Assembly: GCF_900167395.1 (NCBI RefSeq)
Contig: NZ_FUWK01000010.1
Location: 1-32,000, forward strand
From: Nitrosomonas europaea
GTDB taxonomy: Bacteria; Pseudomonadota; Gammaproteobacteria; Burkholderiales; Nitrosomonadaceae
Reading direction: 5' to 3'
DNA: 32,000 nt
The notes under the pieces were generated by a model. The model worked only from the letters and a program-made list of their open reading frames with translations, had not been told where the DNA came from and ran no database searches. The translations under genes and the position numbers were made by a program. Below, in pieces: positions 17,366 to 26,365 of this stretch. How positions within the stretch are numbered: position 1 is the first letter of the stretch; each line of letters starts with the position of its first letter.

Positions 17366-18109
17366 ATGGACAGACTGATTTACACCGCGATGACCGGTGC
17401 ATTGCACACGATGACTCAGCAGGCAACGGTTTCTCATAATCTGGCCAATGCTTCGACTACGGGTTTCCGGGCTCAGACTGACGCTTTTCGGGCAGTGCCC
17501 GTTTATGGGGAATCACTGCCCACCCGGGCATTCGTGCTGGATTCGACGACGGGTGCGGATTTCACGCCGGGTGCGATCCAGCAGACCAACCGCCCGCTGG
17601 ATGTGGCGGTGCAGGGTTCCGGCTGGATTGCGGTACAGCTTGAAAATGGGGAAGAAGCCTATACCCGGCACGGCAATCTCAAAATGGACGCCAATGGCAT
17701 TCTCCAGACGCAACAGGGCTTCAACATCAAGGGAGAATCCGGTCCCATTACCATTCCACCCGATAGTCGCATCGCGATTGGCAAGGATGGCAGTGTTTCA
17801 GTGCTGCCGTCAGATTCGAGAATGACCGCCGTTTCGATCGTCGGACGGATCAAGCTGGTCGATCCGCCGGCAGAGCAGCTTGTTCGGGGAGAGGATGGCC
17901 TGTTCCGGCTGAAAGAGGGAGGTCAGGCGCCTGTCAGTGAAAAAGTGGCCCTGATCGATGGCGCGCTTGAAAGCAGCAATGTCAATGTAATCAGCGAGAT
18001 GGTGAAGATGATCACTCTTGCGCGGCAGTTCGATATGCAAATGAAGATGCTCGAAAATGCCCAGCAGAATGCCCAGCAGGCAGGTGAAATCATGACACTG
18101 AGAGGCTGA
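17366..18109 (+). CDS. flgF: Flagellar basal-body rod protein FlgF
   Basis: 247 aa. HNLANASTTGFRAQ, YTRHGNL and the C-terminal SNVNVISEMVKMITLARQFDMQ. Confidence 0.9.
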   Translation: MDRLIYTAMTGALHTMTQQATVSHNLANASTTGFRAQTDAFRAVPVYGESLPTRAFVLDSTTGADFTPGAIQQTNRPLDVAVQGSGWIAVQLENGEEAYTRHGNLKMDANGILQTQQGFNIKGESGPITIPPDSRIAIGKDGSVSVLPSDSRMTAVSIVGRIKLVDPPAEQLVRGEDGLFRLKEGGQAPVSEKVALIDGALESSNVNVISEMVKMITLARQFDMQMKMLENAQQNAQQAGEIMTLRG

Positions 18110-18176
18110 TACGGGTAGATGCCGGGATGTCGTGACATTGCTGGTAAATTTTTAATTACGCTGAAAGGATAACGAT

Positions 18177-18959
18177 ATGGTTCGCTCATTATGGATATCG
18201 AAAACGGGTCTGGATGCCCAGCAGACCAAAATGGATGTAATTGCAAACAATCTGGCCAATATCAGTACCAACGGCTTCAAACGGATGCGCCCGGTATTCG
18301 AGGATCTGCTGTACCAGACCATCCGTCAGCCGGGTGCCCAGTCATCCGAACGGACTCGCCTGCCTTCCGGCCTGCAGTTGGGAACCGGGGTGCGGCCGGT
18401 GGCAACCGAGAATATCTTCTTGCAGGGAAATTTGCAGCAGACCGGCAATACGCGTGATGTGGCGATTCAGGGAGAGGGATTCTTCCAGATATTGCTGCCT
18501 GATGGCACACTGGCTTATACCCGTGATGGTGCATTCCAGTCCGATCAGGATGGTCAAATGGTGACTGCGAGCGGTTTTCCGCTGCAACCGTCCATTACCA
18601 TTCCGCCGAACACACTGAATATCACGATCGGGCGGGATGGCACAGTATCCGTCCTGACGCCGGGTTCGGCTTTACCAGTGCCAGTGGGTAACATTCAACT
18701 GACCACCTTCATCAACCCGGCCGGGTTGCAGCGCTTCGGCGAGAATCTCTATCTTGAAACCATGAGCAGTGGCGTGCCCAATCCCGGTATTCCGGGTACC
18801 AATGGCATCGGGCTTTTGAATCAGGGCTTCGTGGAAACTTCCAACGTGAACGTGGTGGAAGAACTGGTCGAGATGATCCAGACGCAGCGTGCGTATGAAA
18901 TCAACTCCAGATCGATCTCGACTTCCGATCAGATGCTGGCCCGGTTGACTCAGCTTTGA
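18177..18959 (+). CDS. flgG: Flagellar distal rod protein FlgG
   Basis: 260 aa. [22 protein letters not shown] and [23 protein letters not shown]. Confidence 0.93.
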
Positions 18960-19086
18960 TCCATCTGATGTCAGATTTTATCGATCGGATATATCAATGG
19001 GAGACTCAGGCTTTTCGGTGTTTTCACCGGATCGTGCAGCGCCTGAGTTTGTGGATGGACAGTGTTCAGGTGTCATGGAATCGTTT

Positions 19087-19791
19087 ATGAGAAATCGTGG
19101 TCATCTGGTGTTACCCGTGCTTATCGTCATGATCTGTGTGGTTTCGGGTTGTGCGATAACGCCCACTCCGAAAGTACAGCAGCCAATGTCGGTGCGGCCG
19201 CCCGATCTGCCGGTCATTCCTCCGAGCCAGACCAGCGGAGGGATTTATCAGGCAGTGTTCGACTACCAGGGAAGAGGACGTTATATCCCTCTGTTCGAGG
19301 ATCGGCGCGCCCGCAGTATCGGCGATACCATCATCGTTGCGCTCAACGAGAAAACCAATGCAAGCAAGAAAACCGGCAGCAATGCTCAGCGTGCAGGTGA
19401 GATCGGGCTTTCGGTACCGTCATTTCTTGGCTTGCCGTTCAAGTCGATTTTTCAGGATCTCGATCTGGAAGCCACCTCGAGCAACAAGTTTGATGGCAAG
19501 GGGGAGAGCTCCAGTAATAACAACTTTACCGGCACGATCGCCGTTACGGTGTTGGACATTCTGCCTAACGGCAATCTGCTGGTCAGTGGAGAAAAGCAGA
19601 TCGGCATCAATCAGGGGCATGAATTCATCCGGCTTTCCGGCGTGATCAACCCGATCAACATCATCAATAACACCGTGTCATCGATACAGGTGGCCGATGC
19701 GCGTATCGAATACCGGGGCAACGGTTATCTGGATGAAGTGCAAACCATGGGCTGGCTGTCACGCTTCTTTTTGTCGATTTCACCCTTCTGA
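19087..19791 (+). CDS. flgH: Flagellar L-ring lipoprotein FlgH
   Basis: 234 aa from the internal ATG ([22 protein letters not shown], lipobox). [20 protein letters not shown] and [19 protein letters not shown] are typical FlgH motifs. Confidence 0.9.
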
Positions 19792-19812
19792 GCATAACGG
19801 GAACATATCATC

Positions 19813-20925
19813 ATGACATTATCCAAATGGATCCTGAGTTTCGGGTTATCGGTCTGCCTGATCGTTTCTCATCCGGTTTCTGCTGAACGTATCAAGGATC
19901 TGGCCAATATCCAGGGGGTACGTGCCAATCAGTTGATCGGTTACGGTCTGGTGGTGGGCCTGGATGGCACGGGTGACCAGACCCAGCAAACGCCGTTTAC
20001 CGTACAGAGTATTCTCAGCATGCTGGGGCAACTGGGCGTGAACTTGCCGCCTGGTACCAACCTGCAGTTGCGTAACGTGGCATCGGTGATGGTAACGGCA
20101 ACGCTGCCGGCTTTTGCCAAACCAGGACAGCAGATCGACGTGACCGTTTCATCCATGGGAAATGCCAAGAGTCTGCGTGGCGGAACCTTGCTGATGACGC
20201 CCCTGAAAGGGATCGATAATCAGGTTTATGCCGTGGCTCAGGGCAGCCTGGTGATTGGCGGAGCAGGCGCCAGTTCAGCGGGCAGCAGTGTGCAGATCAA
20301 TCATCTGGGAGCAGGGCGGATCAGTGCCGGTGCCATTGTGGAACGTGCCGTACCGACTGTGCTGGGCCAGGGGGAGTACATCAACCTGGAGCTGCGCGAC
20401 ACTGATTTCACGACCGCACGGCGTATCGTCGATACAATCAACAGCCGCTTTTCGTATGGTACCGCTACGGCGCTGGATGGGCGCGTCATTCAGCTGCGGG
20501 CACCCTTGAACAACAATCAGCGCGTTACGTTTATTTCACAGATCGAAGATCTTGATGTCATCCCGGCGCAGGGTATAGCCAAGGTCATCATTAATGCCCG
20601 CACGGGTTCGGTTGTCATGAATCAGATGGTGACCCTTGAATCCAGCGCAGTGGCACACGGCAATCTTTCAGTGATCATCAATACCCAGCCGATCGTCAGC
20701 CAGCCGGGGCCGTTTGCACAACGTGGAGAAACGGTTGTGGTGCCGCAGTCGCAGATAGAGGTGCGTTCGGAAGAAGGAAATCTGATGCTGCTGCCGGGAT
20801 CGGCCAGTCTGGCCGATGTGGTGAAAGCGCTCAATGCCATTGGCGCCACACCGCAGGATCTGCTGGCAATTCTGCAGGCACTCAAGGCATCCGGATCTTT
20901 ACGGGCGGAACTGGAAATCATCTGA
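19813..20925 (+). CDS. flgI: Flagellar P-ring protein FlgI
   Basis: 370 aa with a signal peptide. Contains [31 protein letters not shown] and [17 protein letters not shown]. Confidence 0.93.
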   Translation: MTLSKWILSFGLSVCLIVSHPVSAERIKDLANIQGVRANQLIGYGLVVGLDGTGDQTQQTPFTVQSILSMLGQLGVNLPPGTNLQLRNVASVMVTATLPAFAKPGQQIDVTVSSMGNAKSLRGGTLLMTPLKGIDNQVYAVAQGSLVIGGAGASSAGSSVQINHLGAGRISAGAIVERAVPTVLGQGEYINLELRDTDFTTARRIVDTINSRFSYGTATALDGRVIQLRAPLNNNQRVTFISQIEDLDVIPAQGIAKVIINARTGSVVMNQMVTLESSAVAHGNLSVIINTQPIVSQPGPFAQRGETVVVPQSQIEVRSEEGNLMLLPGSASLADVVKALNAIGATPQDLLAILQALKASGSLRAELEII

Positions 20926-20926
20926 T

Positions 20927-21068
20927 GGACACTTCTAAGAATTGGTTTTTCAGGCGAATCGCGGCGTTGCGTGGTGCTCGCTGCCTCGCCTATCTATTTG
21001 ATATGCCTCGTTGTTGCGCTCCGTGCGCCTTGCGCTTCATCCTGCATAACCGGATTTTTAGAGGTGTC
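20927..21068. repeat. MITE-like palindromic repeat element inserted between flgI and flgJ
   Basis: The ends GACACTTCTAAGAA... and ...TTTTTAGAGGTGTC form an imperfect inverted repeat. The interior GC-rich units (GCTGCCTCGCC, TGCGCCTTGCGC) resemble the element at 671-821. It starts 1 nt after the flgI stop codon. Confidence 0.5.
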
Positions 21069-21097
21069 TTTGATAATCCTCTGATGGTGACAGTTAT

Positions 21098-22111
21098 ATG
21101 ATCAATTCAGCCGATCTTTCCGGTCAACTGGCCATCGATGCACAGGCAGTCGATCAATTACGTACCCGAGCCAGGCACGACCCGCAGGAAGCGTTGAAAC
21201 AAACAGCGAAACAGTTTGAGGCGCTGTTTCTCAACATGATGGTCAAGAGCATGCGCGAGGCAACTCCCAAAGGCGGATTGTTTGATAGTGATCAGTCGCG
21301 TTTCTATACGCAGATGCTCGACCAGCAACTGGTACAGAATCTTTCCGAGAAGGGCATCGGTCTGGCTGATGTGCTCGTGCAGCAACTGTCGAAAACGATG
21401 GGTGAGGAACAATCGCCGGGCAATGCTATCGATCAGGCGGAATCATTATTGACGACCATTACCGGAAAGAGCGGGGAGCCGCTGGTTTCACTGGCGCCGG
21501 GGCAAACAAAGGATTTGCCTTCTCAGCTCTGGTCGAATCTCAACCGGTCTTCCGTCAAACCCAGCTTTTCTACTGTTTCACCGACAATGCCGGCAGGCAG
21601 AGTGGGAATTGCTTCCAGCTCAGGAGGGATCGGTTCTGCTGAGTCAGTCGCCGCTCATCCCAGAGAATTTGTCCGGGATGTGTTGCCGCATGCACGCAAG
21701 GTGGCGCGTGAGACCGGGATTCCTGAGCATTTCATGATTGCGCAGGCCGCACTGGAAACCGGCTGGGGCAGACATCAGATTCGCCGCGCGGATAATCAGC
21801 CAAGTTTCAATCTGTTTGGTATCAAGGCAAGCGGAAATTGGCGTGGGGGAGTGGTAGAAACGGTAACTACTGAGTACGTGGATGGTAAACCACAAAAGCT
21901 CAGGGAAAAATTCAGGACTTACGATTCGTATGAAGATGCTTTTCGTGATTATGCAAAATTACTGCAGAACAATCCCCGTTACGCAGCCGTGCTGAAAAGC
22001 CGTAGTGCTACCGCGTTTGCCTGGGGATTGCAGCAGGCTGGTTATGCAACTGATCCATCCTACGCGGAGAAACTCTTGAAGATCATCAACAGTGATGCGT
22101 TGAGCATATAG
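21098..22111 (+). CDS. flgJ: Flagellar rod-assembly protein / peptidoglycan hydrolase FlgJ
   Basis: 337 aa. The N-terminal rod-binding motif is FEALFLNMMVKSMRE. The C-terminal glucosaminidase domain shows IAQAALETGWG...FNLFGIKA...YATDPSYAEKL. Confidence 0.9.
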   Translation: MINSADLSGQLAIDAQAVDQLRTRARHDPQEALKQTAKQFEALFLNMMVKSMREATPKGGLFDSDQSRFYTQMLDQQLVQNLSEKGIGLADVLVQQLSKTMGEEQSPGNAIDQAESLLTTITGKSGEPLVSLAPGQTKDLPSQLWSNLNRSSVKPSFSTVSPTMPAGRVGIASSSGGIGSAESVAAHPREFVRDVLPHARKVARETGIPEHFMIAQAALETGWGRHQIRRADNQPSFNLFGIKASGNWRGGVVETVTTEYVDGKPQKLREKFRTYDSYEDAFRDYAKLLQNNPRYAAVLKSRSATAFAWGLQQAGYATDPSYAEKLLKIINSDALSI

Positions 22112-22230
22112 CGGAACTGGAGTGGGGGAGGAAAAACATTTCCTGCAAGCTGTGTCGGTATGCGGTATTCCGCGGTGCTGTAATGACGATGGATTAAGGG
22201 GAAATGGCCTGGATAGTGATGACAATTATC

Positions 22231-22257
22231 TCAATTCCGTCGGAATTCTGCCGTAAA
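22231..22257 (+). promoter_or_regulatory. Candidate sigma28 (FliA) promoter upstream of flgK (TCAA-N15-GCCGTAAA)
   Basis: TCAA at 22231-22234, a 15-nt spacer and GCCGTAAA at 22250-22257, compared with the consensus TAAA-N15-GCCGATAA. The spacer contains the dyad AATTCCG-t-CGGAATT. It lies 36 nt upstream of the flgK ATG. Confidence 0.35.
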
Positions 22258-22292
22258 CAGATAGAAATGATTCACGAAAATCGAGGATAAAA

Positions 22293-23693
22293 ATGGCAAA
22301 CGGTATTATGAATGTAGGTGTTTCCGGATTGCGGGCGGCTCAAGTTGCGTTGCTGACGACCAGCCACAATATCAGCAATGCAACAACACCAGGCTATAAC
22401 CGCCAGCAGGCTATCCAGAGCGCCAGTACTCCGTTGGCTAACAGTGATGGATTCATTGGCCGGGGAGTGCAGATTACTACGGTGCAGCGTATTTACAACC
22501 AGCATCTGGTCAGTCAGTCGTTGCAGGCGCAGAGCCAGAGCAGCCAGCTTGACAGCCATTACAACGAGATCAAACAGATCGACAACCTGCTGGCCGATAC
22601 GACTTCCGGGCTGACGCCGGCGCTGCATAATTTTTTCAATGCGGTGCAGGACGTAGCTTCCAATCCTGCTTCCATTTCTTCCCGTCAGGCGATGTTGAGC
22701 AATGCTGAAGCACTGACAGCCCGGTTTCAGCAGATGGATCAGCGGCTATCGGAAATGCGTGAAGGGGTGAACAGCCAGATTACCGGCAGCGTGACTGAAA
22801 TCAATTCACTCGCACAACAGATTGCCGGGTTGAATATGAATATCCAGGCAGTGGAAAGCTCCGCCAACGGGCAACCGGCCAATGATCTGCTTGATCAGCG
22901 CGATGCACTGGTGCGCGATCTTAGCCGGATCATCAATGTCGATGTCGTGCGTCAGAATAATGGCCATTACAACGTATTCATCGGCAATGGTCAGTCACTG
23001 GTGGTGGGTTCAAGCGCCATGACACTCAAGGCGGTGCCTTCATCGAGTGATCCACAGCGTCTGGTGGTGGCGATGGATCAGCAGGGTGGAGAAATAGTAC
23101 TGCCAGAACACCAGTTGCAGGGAGGCAGCCTGGGTGGGCTGCTGGCGTTCCGCAGTGAAACACTGGATTCCGTGCAAAACAGTTTTGACCAGCTTGCATG
23201 GGGAATTGCCGATACGTTCAATACCCAGCATCAAGTAGGATTTGATCTGCAAAGTGTGGCGGGGTCAAATTTTTTTGAGGGAACGGATCCATCTGACCCG
23301 TCCCAAGCTGCCCGAAACATCAGGGTGGCAATCAGTGATCCTGCTAAGATTGCCGCGGCAGACAATAATGATGGTGGTGTGACGAATAACATCAACGCAT
23401 TGAAGCTGGCTGGGCTGCAGACGGAAAATACCCTGCAGGGTGGAACGGCATCCTATCAGTCTGCTTATGCCAGGCTGGTCAGTCAGGTAGGTAACAAAAC
23501 GCGTGAGCTGGAAGTGACCAGCAAGGCGCAGGAAAGTATGCTCAATCAGACAGATCAGGCATTACAGTCATTGTCCGGTGTCAATCTGGAGGAGGAGGCT
23601 GCCAATCTGTTGCGTTACCAGCAAATGTTCCAGGCATCCAGCAAAGTGATCGAAATTGGTAATTCACTGTTCGATTCACTGCTCAGAATCTGA
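22293..23693 (+). CDS. flgK: Flagellar hook-filament junction protein 1 FlgK
   Basis: 466 aa. TTSHNISNATTPGYNRQ at the N-terminus and the C-terminal GVNLEEEAANLLRYQQMFQASSKVI. Confidence 0.9.
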   Translation: MANGIMNVGVSGLRAAQVALLTTSHNISNATTPGYNRQQAIQSASTPLANSDGFIGRGVQITTVQRIYNQHLVSQSLQAQSQSSQLDSHYNEIKQIDNLLADTTSGLTPALHNFFNAVQDVASNPASISSRQAMLSNAEALTARFQQMDQRLSEMREGVNSQITGSVTEINSLAQQIAGLNMNIQAVESSANGQPANDLLDQRDALVRDLSRIINVDVVRQNNGHYNVFIGNGQSLVVGSSAMTLKAVPSSSDPQRLVVAMDQQGGEIVLPEHQLQGGSLGGLLAFRSETLDSVQNSFDQLAWGIADTFNTQHQVGFDLQSVAGSNFFEGTDPSDPSQAARNIRVAISDPAKIAAADNNDGGVTNNINALKLAGLQTENTLQGGTASYQSAYARLVSQVGNKTRELEVTSKAQESMLNQTDQALQSLSGVNLEEEAANLLRYQQMFQASSKVIEIGNSLFDSLLRI

Positions 23694-23721
23694 TCTTTTT
23701 TGACAGAAAAAGGAATTTATC

Positions 23722-24621
23722 ATGCGCGTAAGCACCAGCACATTGTACGACCAGGGCACCCGATCCATGCTGCAGCAACAGGATTCGCTATTCAGACTGC
23801 AGCAGCACCTTTCTACCGGAAAACGCATCATGACGCCTTCGGATGATCCGATCGGCGCGGCGCGTGCCCATGAACTGGCGCAGTCGCTTTCATTGAACAC
23901 GCAATATGCTGACAATCGCTACCGGGCGGCCGACAGTCTCCAGCAGGTTGACAGCACGCTCGGCAGCGTTTCCAATCTGATCCAGAGTGTACGCACCATG
24001 GCGGTGGCTGTCGGTAACTCGGCATTTTCCGACAGTGAACGGAAGATGATGGCTGTTGAGCTGCGTGGTCATTTCGATGAATTATTGGGACTGGCAAATA
24101 CCAAGGATGAGCAGGGGAATTATCTGTTCTCCGGTTTTAAGGGAAACACCAGACCGTTCGAACAAACGGCTAATGGCGTGGAATACAAGGGGGATCAGGA
24201 GCAGCGGCTGATACAGGTTTCCAGTTCACGACAGCTGCCGGTCAGTGAAACGGGTGATGCCATTTTTGAGCCAGGGGGCTTGAGTCTATTTCAGACTATC
24301 GAGGATTTTATTGATGAACTGGAAACCCCCGGTGGTGCTGCTCTGGGTGGTGCAGTGAGTACCGCTTTGCAGGATCTCGATATTGCGCTGGATAATGTGC
24401 TGGCTAAACGGGCAGCGGTCGGATCACGGCTGCAGGAAGTCGATGCGCTGCAGCAGATCGGTGAGGACACGGCGATTCAGTACCAGCAGTCGCTCTCACG
24501 TCTGCAGGATCTGGATTTTGCACAGGCCATATCCGACATGACACGCCAGCAGGCACTGCTCGAAGCGGCGCAGAAAACCTTTACCCGCGTATCAGGATTG
24601 TCGCTGTTCAATCTTATTTGA
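23722..24621 (+). CDS. flgL: Flagellar hook-filament junction protein 3 FlgL
   Basis: 299 aa. MRVSTSTLYDQG... with a flagellin-like N-terminus (TGKRIMTPSDDPIGAARA) and C-terminus (DLDFAQAISDMTRQQALLEAAQKTF). Confidence 0.88.
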   Translation: MRVSTSTLYDQGTRSMLQQQDSLFRLQQHLSTGKRIMTPSDDPIGAARAHELAQSLSLNTQYADNRYRAADSLQQVDSTLGSVSNLIQSVRTMAVAVGNSAFSDSERKMMAVELRGHFDELLGLANTKDEQGNYLFSGFKGNTRPFEQTANGVEYKGDQEQRLIQVSSSRQLPVSETGDAIFEPGGLSLFQTIEDFIDELETPGGAALGGAVSTALQDLDIALDNVLAKRAAVGSRLQEVDALQQIGEDTAIQYQQSLSRLQDLDFAQAISDMTRQQALLEAAQKTFTRVSGLSLFNLI

Positions 24622-24664
24622 TTTCTGTCAATCGCCCGGTTTCAGTAAATTCCCGGCATATCCG

Positions 24665-24689
24665 GTAAACTGGCGACAGTTTACTTTTT
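24665..24689 (+). terminator. Rho-independent terminator after flgL
   Basis: GTAAACTG-GCGA-CAGTTTAC forms a perfect 8-bp stem with a tetraloop, followed by TTTTT. It lies 44 nt after the flgL stop. Confidence 0.5.
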
Positions 24690-24698
24690 GAGCATGAT

Positions 24699-25343
24699 AT
24701 GGACCGGGAAGATTTTTTTCTGAAGATCGCGGAACTCCATCTCAAGCGTGTGGAAATTCTGCAAACGGTTGAGTGGAGAATTACGTTCAGCCTCTGGACA
24801 TTCGTTGCGGGTGTCGCAATGGTGAGCCTGGCCAATGCAGACAAAATGAAGCAGGCGGCTGTCGCCATGGGAGGCATCCTTGGCCCCGTTGTCATACTGT
24901 CCCTGATGGGGGGCATTTATGTGTGGCTTTGGTATTTATACCTCTATAAATTCTGCAAGAAGAATTACAACAGTCTCGTCACGGAGCGTAACCGCTACCA
25001 GCGTATGCAGAATGAAGCAATAAAGCTCGTTCTGAAAGGTAAATCTGCAGATTTTCTGATCGAAGCCGGGGCTGAAGATAAACGGGTGCCTGAATCAGAT
25101 TTCAGTGAGCCTTCTTTCAAACAACTGTCTGGTGATGATTTCAGGAAGTCAGGTGTATGGGAGTTCAAGCGAGGTATTACAGCAGCGCTGATGTTTTTTT
25201 CATGGCTGCTTGTCCTGATGATAGTGGTTCCTTCAGCCAGTAAACACCTGAATGATTCCGTAGTGGCCACTGGTAAGCCAGCCGGGGTGGAGGTGGAGAG
25301 TTCCGGCCGCAATCTCAGGCGGGAGGCCGACCAGCACTTCTGA
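24699..25343 (+). CDS. Hypothetical membrane protein (about 3 predicted TM helices), no recognisable family
   Basis: 214-aa ORF with hydrophobic segments WRITFSLWTFVAGVAMVSLA, ILGPVVILSLMGGIYVWLWYLYLY and ITAALMFFSWLLVLMIVV. There is no clear RBS, and the ORF starts 10 nt after the terminator T-tract. Confidence 0.4.
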   Translation: MDREDFFLKIAELHLKRVEILQTVEWRITFSLWTFVAGVAMVSLANADKMKQAAVAMGGILGPVVILSLMGGIYVWLWYLYLYKFCKKNYNSLVTERNRYQRMQNEAIKLVLKGKSADFLIEAGAEDKRVPESDFSEPSFKQLSGDDFRKSGVWEFKRGITAALMFFSWLLVLMIVVPSASKHLNDSVVATGKPAGVEVESSGRNLRREADQHF

Positions 25344-25482
25344 TTTCAGTGTTTGCAGGCACATGTAAACGCCTCATCTCGCACAACTGAACTGTGCCTG
25401 TTTTCCCAACAGCCTTCCTTGCAGTCTATCGACGTTTCCATATCACATTACCGTAATATCTTTTGATACGTATGCGCGCAGT

Positions 25483-25516
25483 ACTGACTGCCTCGCTGAC
25501 GTTTTTCAGAGGTTCC
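25483..25516. repeat. Solo right half of the 671-821 repeat element
   Basis: ACTGACTGCCTCGCTGACGTTTTTCAGAGGTTCC versus ACTGACTGCCTCGTCGACGTTTTTCAGAGGTTCC at 788-821. Confidence 0.55.
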
Positions 25517-25694
25517 CCAAGTTTTCCTGTAAGTGTTGAATATGGGAAATACACGACTTCTTCACTCTCCTTTTTATATTTGCAGGCTTGTGATTTTCAT
25601 CACATTTTATTTATAGATATTTACTAAAAAATAGTACATATGAATAAAATGTAATGGCAGATATCTTTTTTCAGTTATCGCAAAAGGAGGGCGT

Positions 25695-26351
25695 ATGGGC
25701 ATTCCTTCGGATTTTTCTAATACGGGTCTGACTGGATTCAATGTTTCGTCGACCAAGCTTGTCAAAATAGAGCAGCAGTATAAGGGGGTGAAGGGGAAAA
25801 AATTTATATCTCCCGGAGGTGGAAAGTTTGTTCGCATCGATGATCCCGGAGCTGTCGATTCAAATGGCCTTAGAACGGCTGACGCAAGCAACACTTCAAT
25901 AAGTCTGGAGACAGGAAATACCTGGTTGCCCCGACTTCATGCAGATGGCACTTTGACCTGCGGTGGCAAATGTGCATGGCTGGAATGTACAAATGTAACG
26001 ATCCCCAAGAATAAGCGGTTATGGTTTCGTTATGCATTTTTACGTTTTTCTTCATTGCCCGCCGATTCATTTTCCGTGCTTTTATGTTTCCCAAACGATG
26101 ATACAAGTGTCCCTCCACTGCCTCCTTACTGGATTTGCAGCGTTAAGGAGCTACAGGAGAACAGGGGTAATATCAATCAAACCGACTGGACTGAATGCTT
26201 TGTTGAAATTGATAAGAATGCCGATTTTCATGGGACGCTACGATGGGTTGTGGCAACAGGACATAACCTAGCCGATCAGAATTCGATACCTGACAATACT
26301 CGTTTTACCAGACCTGGCTGTCTGTTGATTGACGCCATTGATATTCGCTAA
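25695..26351 (+). CDS. Hypothetical protein, no recognisable family; likely co-transcribed with the giant multicopper oxidase gene
   Basis: 218-aa ORF with a strong RBS (AAGGAGGG, 5 nt before the ATG). An AT-rich promoter-like region lies upstream. The stop is 14 nt before the next start. No signal peptide is evident. The protein has several Cys and a beta-rich appearance. Confidence 0.55.
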   Translation: MGIPSDFSNTGLTGFNVSSTKLVKIEQQYKGVKGKKFISPGGGKFVRIDDPGAVDSNGLRTADASNTSISLETGNTWLPRLHADGTLTCGGKCAWLECTNVTIPKNKRLWFRYAFLRFSSLPADSFSVLLCFPNDDTSVPPLPPYWICSVKELQENRGNINQTDWTECFVEIDKNADFHGTLRWVVATGHNLADQNSIPDNTRFTRPGCLLIDAIDIR

Positions 26352-26365
26352 CCGAGTGGAGGGCA

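Noticed and set aside
18997-19086. Upstream extension of flgH to 18997; likewise flgB to 14544, flgA to 14384, the ATP-grasp gene to 8184, the DUF785 gene to 5946 and the hydrolase gene to 12836.
   Set aside because: The extensions begin at non-ATG codons or add non-homologous residues ahead of a canonical N-terminus or signal peptide. Internal ATGs with an RBS fit the families better.
25356-25404. Possible terminator hairpin (CAGGCACA...TGTGCCTG followed by TTTT) after the 214-aa ORF.
   Set aside because: The loop is about 29 nt, too long for a canonical intrinsic terminator. It is kept only as a note.
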